Under the pieces are notes generated by a model that was given only the letters and a program-made list of their open reading frames with translations, was not told the DNA's origin and searched no databases. From positions 1 to 63,167 of the forward strand of contig JAOAFQ010000183.1 of assembly GCA_026416195.1 (NCBI GenBank): 63,167 bases of DNA, written 5' to 3'. The position numbers and the translations under genes are program-made. Source of the DNA: Candidatus Aminicenantes bacterium (lineage in GTDB: Bacteria; Acidobacteriota; Aminicenantia; Aminicenantales; CALLJL01). Of the stretch, positions 39,064 to 47,096 are shown piece by piece. How positions within the stretch are numbered: position 1 is the stretch's first letter; each line of letters opens with the position of its first letter.

Positions 39064-41916
39064 TTAGAAAGAAAATCTGGCTCCAAAACGGAAGACACAA
39101 GGATTAAGGATTCGGACCGTTTCTCCGTAATCGCTGGCCGTTAGCAAATTTTGCTTTTTCAAGGCAACATTATTGTTAGTAATATTAAATCCATCCACTG
39201 AAAGAACAACCCTTCCAGTTTCGCTTACCTGGATGGTTTTCTCCAATCTCAGATTGAGTTCATAGAAAGTGGGTAAACGGTTATCACCTTGTTTGCCAGC
39301 ATAGATTCTGATTGAACCGAAGCCCGGCACAGTCATTCTAACATAGTCTGGCATCGCATAGCCCTCACGAATTTGGAAAGCTCCACTAAAATTAAGACCA
39401 AAGGGAAACTGATACAGCCAGGAAAGCTTACCCATCCAGCGAGAGTTAACAAAGATATCCGTCAAGCCTGAACCACCACTTTGAGGTGCAACCACTCCCC
39501 CATCATAAAAAGGCATATTATTGTAGGCTCCCCAATCAATTTCTCCGTTGTAGTAAAATCTCCAGTCAGCAAAGGTGAACGAACCATAAAGCATCCAGCG
39601 ATTAGAAAATCTTTTATTGACAACTATCTGTGCCGCATAATAGCGCTGATAAGCTTTGTCAGAATTAGTTCTATAGGTGGCATAGGGATAGGGACGACGA
39701 TAAATTGTTCTTTTTTCCCCAGTAATCGGGAAGGTATATTCTCGGTAAACCGTATAATCACTCTGGGTGAAGAGAGAACCGTCAGCTTTAATGGGCACAT
39801 CCCAGACTAGGCGATGGCGTTTTTTAGCAAAGAGTTCTAAAGAGACCGCAAAATCAGGGAAAACCTCTTTCTGATAAGAAATGGTCAATTCATCAAGTAA
39901 GGGAGTATTAAATTTTGGATCAATCTTATTAGGGTTTTCAAGAGAGGAGGGATCATAGGGATTGATGCCACTATACCATAGCCAATTATTCGGATTAGAA
40001 ATGTCCCGCGTAAAATTCCACCCGAAGAGCTCATTTTCAGTTACTTTGCCGTCGCGATTCAAGTCATTCCAGTAGAGGTCAATTTCAGACCAGCCAGCTG
40101 GATTATCAAAACTAGCCGCCATATAAGATGCCTGAGAGCCATAACGGGCAATGGAGAATTTTATGACATCCTTGCCTGTGCCAAAAATGTCATAAGTAAG
40201 GCTTAACCGCGGAGAAAGGCATTTCCAAGCAACCCCAGGATCATATTCTTCAATGGTAATGTCTCTTAGGAAATAGCTCAGAAAAGGGGCGGCTGGTTGA
40301 TGTTCATTCTTGACCTTTGATCTTTCACGATCATAGCGCAAGCCAAGGTTAAAGGAAAAACGACCATAAGTAATCGTATCCTGGAAGAAAAAGGCCAATC
40401 TTTCCATCCACAGATTGATGTAATAATCCCGGTGAATCCAAATCTCTTTAAAAGGATCAGTGACATCATATTCAACAATAGTCACATTGCCTTCATATAA
40501 ATCAAAGGTAGTAACCGTGGCCGTAAGATAATCAACCCCAAACTTAATTTCATGATCAGCGCCTAAAAGTTTTTCTTTGAAGTAATTCCCGATAGCGACA
40601 ATATTTAGCTGATTTCGGTCAGTTCCGTAGTAATCAATATTACCGCTGACAAAGAAAGTGGGATCATAACTAATCCACATGTATTTGCCAGAACCCCATT
40701 GAGTTGGTTTTAGTTCGAACCCCCCATCAGTATAGATAGCTTTAGCTGTTAAAAGCAGATTGCCCACAATCTGTTCATCTTCAAACTTATAAATATAGCC
40801 AGGACCGCTCTGATTCCACATAGTCTCAGGAGCTTGATATTCAACCCCCCAGGCGGTACGGTTCCATTTGAGCTTGTTATCATATTCAAGGAAGGCCTCA
40901 GCGCGATTGCCTTTGAAGGGATGGAAATTCAACTTGCCATAACCACTTAGTAACCAGGTTTTATCGGTGATTCCTTTCTTTAAAGTCAAGGAATCAATAT
41001 CCTGGACACCCCAGCTTCCATAGAACCAAAATTTGTCTCTAATGATTGGGCCACCAAAATTGACTCCGTAAAGATAAATTTTATTGACCCCAGAACCGGT
41101 GTAACCTTTGGCTTCTAGTTCGCTCGGAATATTTTTCAGTTGCCATTCCTTCTGAGCTGCGTCTAAATAAAATTCACCAGAATAATTATTGCCCCCTCGC
41201 TTGCTGACAATGTTAAGCTGAATACCACCTGTCGGGTTAGTTACATCATTAACCCCGTAATTGATCACCAGTTCCTCATAGCCAGCTAAATTAACATAAG
41301 CCGGAGCGGCGCCTAAAGCTGACATATCGGTAATATTACCGCCATCAATCATCCAGGTATTGTCATCGCCTGAAGAACCGTGTCCATAATAGGCCGACTG
41401 CTGCCCAGCCTCATTGCCGCCGACATCTTCTCGGTCAACCAGAATGCCAGGGGCTAACTGCATTATTACCCAAGGATTACGCGCTGTGGGCAAATCCATG
41501 AGCATTTCTTTAGAAACTCTAAGGCCTACCTGAGCTTTCTTGGTGTCAATAACAGGAGTAGCCGCAGTAACTACCACTTCTTCCTGAATAGGAGCTGGTT
41601 CCATAGTAATATCTAGACGGAAATCTTTACCAAATTCGACCACTATGTTCTCTTTAATGACCGTTTTAAAACCCTGAAGTTCAAATTTGAGCTTATAATC
41701 TCGGGCTACAGGCAAGCGGAGGAATCGATATAAGCCAGATTCTGAAGTGACTATAGTCCGTTCAGGATAATAGGCTGAAGTAATAGTTACACTGACTCCA
41801 GGCAAAGGATTGCCATCTGGATCGGTTACAGTTCCGTAAAGGGAACCATAATCTTGAGCCAAAGCCATGGCCGCAACCATAATTATGATTGCCGCCGCCA
41901 ATAATAATTTCTTCAT
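39064..41916 (-). CDS. TonB-dependent receptor, Oar/CarboxypepD_reg type
   Basis: Signal peptide MKKLLLAAA..., N-terminal G.V.D..G.PLPGV, plug (LP.ARNPW...PG, GG..N.VSKRGGN), GGPIIRDK.WF, NLGLRYD, SPRL, C-terminal Phe. ATG 41916 has an AAGGAG RBS (ORF track starts at GTG 41958). Confidence 0.92.
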   Translation of the reverse strand: MKKLLLAAAIIIMVAAMALAQDYGSLYGTVTDPDGNPLPGVSVTITSAYYPERTIVTSESGLYRFLRLPVARDYKLKFELQGFKTVIKENIVVEFGKDFRLDITMEPAPIQEEVVVTAATPVIDTKKAQVGLRVSKEMLMDLPTARNPWVIMQLAPGILVDREDVGGNEAGQQSAYYGHGSSGDDNTWMIDGGNITDMSALGAAPAYVNLAGYEELVINYGVNDVTNPTGGIQLNIVSKRGGNNYSGEFYLDAAQKEWQLKNIPSELEAKGYTGSGVNKIYLYGVNFGGPIIRDKFWFYGSWGVQDIDSLTLKKGITDKTWLLSGYGKLNFHPFKGNRAEAFLEYDNKLKWNRTAWGVEYQAPETMWNQSGPGYIYKFEDEQIVGNLLLTAKAIYTDGGFELKPTQWGSGKYMWISYDPTFFVSGNIDYYGTDRNQLNIVAIGNYFKEKLLGADHEIKFGVDYLTATVTTFDLYEGNVTIVEYDVTDPFKEIWIHRDYYINLWMERLAFFFQDTITYGRFSFNLGLRYDRERSKVKNEHQPAAPFLSYFLRDITIEEYDPGVAWKCLSPRLSLTYDIFGTGKDVIKFSIARYGSQASYMAASFDNPAGWSEIDLYWNDLNRDGKVTENELFGWNFTRDISNPNNWLWYSGINPYDPSSLENPNKIDPKFNTPLLDELTISYQKEVFPDFAVSLELFAKKRHRLVWDVPIKADGSLFTQSDYTVYREYTFPITGEKRTIYRRPYPYATYRTNSDKAYQRYYAAQIVVNKRFSNRWMLYGSFTFADWRFYYNGEIDWGAYNNMPFYDGGVVAPQSGGSGLTDIFVNSRWMGKLSWLYQFPFGLNFSGAFQIREGYAMPDYVRMTVPGFGSIRIYAGKQGDNRLPTFYELNLRLEKTIQVSETGRVVLSVDGFNITNNNVALKKQNLLTASDYGETVRILNPCVFRFGARFSF

Positions 41917-41954
41917 TTTTTCTTCTCCTTTCTGAGAACCATTATTATTTAATT

Positions 41955-41978
41955 TCACCCATCTCTTTTTTGCTTCAC
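41955..41978 (-). other. Candidate leader micro-ORF (GTG-KQKRDG-stop) with very strong RBS
   Basis: Minus strand GAGAGGAGGTGA-GA-GTG AAG CAA AAA AGA GAT GGG TGA; its stop overlaps (GTGA) an in-frame alternative start of the receptor. Confidence 0.35.
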
Positions 41979-42122
41979 TCTCACCTCCTCTCGAAATCTT
42001 TGATAGCTGCTATCTCACTATAAAAGGAAATTTAAGTCTCGTAAATTTTAGATTAACCATTAGCTCTTTTTATTTTGCCATAATAGCGAATCATTGGTTG
42101 GCTATTCTTTTCTAATTAGATG

Positions 42123-42139
42123 AGCATATTTCATGCCAA
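42123..42139 (-). promoter_or_regulatory. Sigma54 (-24/-12) promoter of TonB receptor 1
   Basis: Minus strand TTGGCATGAAATATGCT = TGGCA..GG-N10-GC-T, oriented towards the receptor. Confidence 0.7.
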
Positions 42140-42167
42140 TTTTTAATTAGAAAGATAATTTCTTTTA

Positions 42168-42180
42168 TATCAATAAGTTA
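42168..42180. promoter_or_regulatory. IHF-binding site
   Basis: TATCAATAAGTTA is an exact match to WATCAANNNNTTR, about 30-40 bp upstream of the -24 element, the canonical position in sigma54 promoters. Confidence 0.6.
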
Positions 42181-42307
42181 CACATTAATTAAAAAGCTCA
42201 TCCGCCTAAAATAATTCGTCTCTTTGAATCTATTCAACTTATTGAATTCATTTTATTGAAAAAACCAATGGCAAGAGCAAGAAATTTTTTTAGCAAAGTC
42301 GATAAGC

Positions 42308-44452
42308 TTATTCTTTCTTTCGGCACTGTCGAATGAGGCCTTCAATTTTCTGCCTTTCAGCTTGATTAAGGTCTTTTTCCTTTAGTTTCAAGTAATTTTC
42401 AAAATAAGGCAGAGCCTTTTCTTTTTCACCCATCTCTAAAAGAGTCGTCCCAAGATTAAGGAAAGAAAAATCGTCAGTTGGGTCAGCCTCAATTGCCTTC
42501 TTCCATGCTTCCACCGCTTTTTCGGGTTGGCCAGAAAGTTTATAGCTAACCCCAAGACCTCGAAAGGCTAAATTTAGACGGGGATCAAGGGTTGAGGCTC
42601 TTTCAAAATAGGATATTGCGACTTCAAGCTGTCGCTGATCTTTATTCTGAAAATAACGAGTAAGATAGAGCGCCCCAAGATTAGAAAGAACCAAAGCATG
42701 ATTGGGGTCAATTGATAAAGCCTTCTCATAAGCTTTTTGGGCCTTATCAAATTCACCTAATCGCCAATAAGCAATGCCTAATTGGTCCCAAGTTTCAGGA
42801 TCATCTTCATAAAGAAGAATGGCCGGCTCGAGGATTTTTATAGCTTCCTGATAACGTCTTTCTTTAACAAGAAAGAGACCATAAGCTGAGGCAAGACTAA
42901 AATCTGTTGGATTCGCCTTAAAAGCTTCGGCCAAAACTTTTAGAGCCTCCTCTGAACGATTAAGGGAGTAATAGATATGAGCCAGATAAATGGAGGCGGC
43001 AGCAAAATTTTTCTTTTGAGCGATTACTTGCTCAAGCAGCTCAATGGCCTCCGCCTTTCGGCCTAAATCATGGAAAATTATAGCTTTTTCAAGTTTTTGC
43101 TGAATAACTAAGAAATTCTTGGGATCATCTTCTGGGCCAAAGCTTTTCTTGGTCGGCCCTTGAGTTGAGACAAGATAACCCAAACTCTGTAGTCTTCTCA
43201 AAGTTGCTAGGTCAACTGGTCTTTTTGTAGGGGGAAGGATCGCTTCAGACATTTTGGCCATTAATTCTCTAAGCTTCTTTTGATATGGCTGGATGTCCCT
43301 TTGATTTGCCAAATTCTTTTTTTCTTCAAAATCGGTCTTGAGATCATAAAGCTCGGGTAAAGGCGAATTGATAAATTTTTGCTCTTCAAAGATAAGCCCA
43401 TAAAGGGGGGCACAGCCACGATTGAGGAAGGGGTCAAGCGATTCAATGTAAATAGGTCGGCTCGTCAATTTTCTTTTTTGAATTAAAGGCAAAAGCGAAG
43501 TCCCTTCTAAATTATCAGGCTTCTTTATTTTAAGCCAATCACAGATAGTCGGAAAAAGATCAATATGGCTAACAAATTCCTTTACCCTTCCTGGCTTTAT
43601 CCCTGGACCTGTAATTATCAGGGGAACCCAGAGAGTACTATTATAAATGAAAAAGCTATGGGTAAGCTCTCCGTGTTCACCTAAAGATTCACCATGATCA
43701 GCCGTAAAAATAATTAACGTGTTCTTGAACATCTTGTAGTCAGACAGAACGGCAAAAAGACGACCTAACTGATCATCGACATAGGCCACTTCCCCTGAAT
43801 ATGGGTCTTCTTTAAACCGGCTAAGATAAGGCTCAGGTGGTAGATAAGGAGAATGGGGGTCCCAGAGATGCAACCAGCAAAACCACGGTGGCTTTTGCTG
43901 CTTTAGCCAATTTATAGCAGAATTAATGACCATTTCGGCCCGTCTCTCACTGAAAGTAAAAGGAAGAAATGGTTGGGCGGGAAACAAATCATCATAATAA
44001 TCAAATCCTTGATTCAAGCCAAATCGGGAATCAAGGGGGAAAGCGCCTACGAAAGCACCGGTGGAATAACCAGAAATTTTCAGAACTTCAGCCAGAGTAG
44101 TTAGTTCACTGCCCACACGGAAACGAGCATTATCTCTAACTCCATGGGAAGGGGGATTTAGTCCCAGAAAAATGGAGGCATGGGAAGGAAGAGTAATAGG
44201 TACATGGGCAAAAGCCCGATCAAAAACCACTCCGGAAACAGCTAAGGAATCTATATTAGGCGTTTTTAAATGCTTATCGCTATAAATACTCACCCGATCT
44301 GGTCGCAAAGTATCTACGGTTATGAGAAGAACATTAGGTTTCTCATCTTTGGCCGCAGTCAAAGCCACTTTAGCTTCTATGGGGAAAAAAACAACCCCAA
44401 CGATAATAAGAATAATCAAAACGGATAAAGAATGTCTTTTTTTACTTAACAA
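42308..44452 (-). CDS. Second exported sulfatase-fold Thr-type protein with TPRs (paralog of 35703-37826)
   Basis: VDTLRPD, TLPSH, GAFPLDSRFGLNQGFD, HLWDPH, ADHGE, LQSLGY, TPRs; TTG start with AGGAG 6 nt upstream. Confidence 0.85.
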   Translation of the reverse strand: MLSKKRHSLSVLIILIIVGVVFFPIEAKVALTAAKDEKPNVLLITVDTLRPDRVSIYSDKHLKTPNIDSLAVSGVVFDRAFAHVPITLPSHASIFLGLNPPSHGVRDNARFRVGSELTTLAEVLKISGYSTGAFVGAFPLDSRFGLNQGFDYYDDLFPAQPFLPFTFSERRAEMVINSAINWLKQQKPPWFCWLHLWDPHSPYLPPEPYLSRFKEDPYSGEVAYVDDQLGRLFAVLSDYKMFKNTLIIFTADHGESLGEHGELTHSFFIYNSTLWVPLIITGPGIKPGRVKEFVSHIDLFPTICDWLKIKKPDNLEGTSLLPLIQKRKLTSRPIYIESLDPFLNRGCAPLYGLIFEEQKFINSPLPELYDLKTDFEEKKNLANQRDIQPYQKKLRELMAKMSEAILPPTKRPVDLATLRRLQSLGYLVSTQGPTKKSFGPEDDPKNFLVIQQKLEKAIIFHDLGRKAEAIELLEQVIAQKKNFAAASIYLAHIYYSLNRSEEALKVLAEAFKANPTDFSLASAYGLFLVKERRYQEAIKILEPAILLYEDDPETWDQLGIAYWRLGEFDKAQKAYEKALSIDPNHALVLSNLGALYLTRYFQNKDQRQLEVAISYFERASTLDPRLNLAFRGLGVSYKLSGQPEKAVEAWKKAIEADPTDDFSFLNLGTTLLEMGEKEKALPYFENYLKLKEKDLNQAERQKIEGLIRQCRKKE

Positions 44453-44692
44453 TAAGAACTCCTTTTTTGATTATATCTGATTTTAAAATTATCATTGTTT
44501 TAGGCTCTGATTTCTTTGGCCAATTAAAGCCAATTTATTTTAGCTCAAATCTCATGGCTTTTTAAGGAAATGAACAATTTAATCTTTTCAATCTTAACCA
44601 TTCGAACTTGACAAAATCTACAAGTCTTTTAGGTCTCCTTTAATATTATTTTAATCCTTACAAGTTTCAACCTTTGTTGCTATTATGTTAAG

Positions 44693-44860
44693 ATTTCGAG
44701 CTCGAGGCAAATAGGCTTTTGACTTTCTTTTAAGGAAGAAAATGCCTGATTAATCGGGCGATGGAAGTAGCGGCGGAGGAAAGTTACCGCCGTTTCAGAT
44801 TCTATTTGTTAATTAATTGGATCGCCTAAAACTTGAGAAAAACCTTGCCTCAAGTTAAAC
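44693..44860 (+). other. Candidate structured leader RNA/ncRNA upstream of the M28 peptidase
   Basis: Nested GC-rich inverted repeats in an AT-rich intergenic region, just downstream of TG-c-TATTAT (44678-44686); matches no RNA family I recognise. Confidence 0.3.
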
Positions 44861-44912
44861 TTCTGAAGAAAAGAAATTAGTATTCAACTCCAAGGAAATT
44901 TGGGAGGCAAGA

Positions 44913-47042
44913 ATGAGACAGAGACGATTTACCTCCTTTATGACTCACCCTTTTTTCTTTACTTTTATGATTAATTTGATTGTCTTTAACTTTCTCTCTC
45001 TTTGGCCAAATAAAGTTATGTCCACCGAAAAAGACGATCCTGTTCTTCCTTTGAGCATCCTTTATCAATTGAATAATGAAATTTCGGGTGAATTAGCTCA
45101 GGATTATATCAGGGATATAGCTCGCTATCATAGGCTTCAACCTAGCAAAGGTTATAGCCAAGCGGCCCAATGGGTAGCCGAAAAGGCTAAAAAACTTGGT
45201 TTTTCCGAGGTCCAAATAGAAAAATACCCAGCTGATGGAAAAATTTTTTATTTTATGTATCCAACAAGCCCTGCTTGGGAGGTTGAAATGGCTGAGCTGT
45301 GGATCACCCAACCTCAAATGGAAAAATTAACGAGTTTTGCGGAAATCCCAGTCTCAGTGGCTATTAACAGCCGAAACTGCGAGGTTGAGGCGGAGCTTGT
45401 TTATGTAGGTGAAGGGACTTCGGCCCTGGATTATGAAAAAACTGAGGTCAAAGGTAAAATCGTCTTAGCCTCAGGTCCAATTGAGACAGTGGCCAACTTG
45501 GCAGTTGATCGTTTTGGGGCTCTTGGGGTAGTCATCATCAATACGCGTTTTGCCGACGACGAACCCGATAACGTCAGTACCTTACGCTTGAGAACCAAAA
45601 CGCCAACCTTTGGTTTTGGCCTGTCTCATCGGCGAGGCGAAAGCCTAAAAATGAGACTGCTGCGAGGGGAAAAAATTTTTGTTCGAGCCGTGGTCAAAGC
45701 CGAAATAAGGCCTTATTATTATGAAAATGTCATAGCCACCATACCTGGAACTGAGCTTAAAGACGAAGAAATTTTGCTTACTGCTCATCTCTGTCATTAC
45801 AAGCCAGGAGCTAATGATAATGCTTCTGGTTCTGCCTGTCTTTTGGAAATTGGTCGCACCCTTCGCCGGCTGATCGATGAGAAAAAAATAGCTCCTCCTA
45901 AAAGAACAATTCGTTTTCTCTGGGTTCCGGAAATGAGTGGTAGCCTTGCCTGGGTAGCCAATCATCCCGAAATCGTCGCTAAAACAGTTGCTGGAATTAA
46001 CTTAGATATGGTAGGTCAATATCTAAATCAAAATAATTCATGCTTTTTCCTTCATCTAACGCCCCACTCAAAGCCTCATTTTATAAATGATTTATTAATA
46101 AATTTAATTGAATTTTTAGCGGCTAATAATACTCAACCCTTAGGGACCTCATCAGTTTTTCCTGTGTATTCTCTTTCTGGGAGTCGCGACTTGTTTCGTT
46201 ATCGGATTATGCCTTACACTGGCGGAAGCGATCAGGTAATTTTTAATGATAGTCTTATCGGTATTCCCTTTGCCTTTTTCCTTGTTTGGCCCGATCGTTA
46301 TTATCATACAAGTGGCGATCAACCCGAGCGTTGTGATCCAACCCAGCTTAAACGCTCAGCCCTTTTAGCCGCAGCGGCGACACTCTTTTTAAGCGATGAC
46401 TGTCCCCATAAAGCAAGGCGCTTAGCTGGCGAAATGATAGCCCGCAGCCGAATCCGAATTATGGAGGAATTGAAACGAAGCTTTAATCTCTTAAATGGAA
46501 GTGAAAGCAAAGATCTAGCCACCAATTATAAAGAAGCGATTAATTTTATTGAGCAAATCATCAAAAAAGAAGTTGCCGCTCTTGAATCTTTAAAGCAGTA
46601 TTCTTATCGGGACAAAGAAGTTGATCAATTTCTTACTATTTCTATCGATAAACTAAGAAATGAGAAATCTCACTATCTTTCTGAGCTTGAGCAGTTTTAT
46701 CGCCTAATTTGTCAAGCGCGAGGGGTCAAAATTGACAAGGTCACCTTTTCAGCCGAAGAAAAAGCGGCCATGAAAATCATCCCCAAACGTAATCCTGAAC
46801 TGAAGGGCCCAGTTAATCTGGCCTATCTAAGGGAAAAAATCAAGGATAGACCCGACGCTCTAAAATTGCCCATTTTCCAGGAAGACAGCCGTCTTACCTA
46901 TGAAATTTTAAATTTTGTCAATGGCAAAAATAGCCTCCTTGATATTCGTCATGCAGTCAGTGCTGAGTTTAAACCTATTCCCCTCAGCTGGGTTGAGGCC
47001 TATTTAAAGCTACTGGCTGAAGCTAAGATAATTAGTTATTGA
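44913..47042 (+). CDS. M28 family zinc aminopeptidase with PA domain (DUF4910-like)
   Basis: AHLCH, GANDNASG, W.PE, INLDMVG, GSD, YYHTSGD; GGGAGG RBS; hydrophobic N-terminus. Confidence 0.88.
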   Translation: MRQRRFTSFMTHPFFFTFMINLIVFNFLSLWPNKVMSTEKDDPVLPLSILYQLNNEISGELAQDYIRDIARYHRLQPSKGYSQAAQWVAEKAKKLGFSEVQIEKYPADGKIFYFMYPTSPAWEVEMAELWITQPQMEKLTSFAEIPVSVAINSRNCEVEAELVYVGEGTSALDYEKTEVKGKIVLASGPIETVANLAVDRFGALGVVIINTRFADDEPDNVSTLRLRTKTPTFGFGLSHRRGESLKMRLLRGEKIFVRAVVKAEIRPYYYENVIATIPGTELKDEEILLTAHLCHYKPGANDNASGSACLLEIGRTLRRLIDEKKIAPPKRTIRFLWVPEMSGSLAWVANHPEIVAKTVAGINLDMVGQYLNQNNSCFFLHLTPHSKPHFINDLLINLIEFLAANNTQPLGTSSVFPVYSLSGSRDLFRYRIMPYTGGSDQVIFNDSLIGIPFAFFLVWPDRYYHTSGDQPERCDPTQLKRSALLAAAATLFLSDDCPHKARRLAGEMIARSRIRIMEELKRSFNLLNGSESKDLATNYKEAINFIEQIIKKEVAALESLKQYSYRDKEVDQFLTISIDKLRNEKSHYLSELEQFYRLICQARGVKIDKVTFSAEEKAAMKIIPKRNPELKGPVNLAYLREKIKDRPDALKLPIFQEDSRLTYEILNFVNGKNSLLDIRHAVSAEFKPIPLSWVEAYLKLLAEAKIISY

Positions 47043-47096
47043 AGTTTTTCCTTGCCCTCCCTTAACTTTCAAAAATTAAACAAAAGCTTAGGTCAT

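Noticed and set aside
44757-44792. GAGGAAAGT (RNase P-like), GGAAGTAGC (SRP-like) and GGCGATGG (fluoride riboswitch-like) words
   Set aside because: The rest of each consensus is missing; kept only as an unassigned structured element
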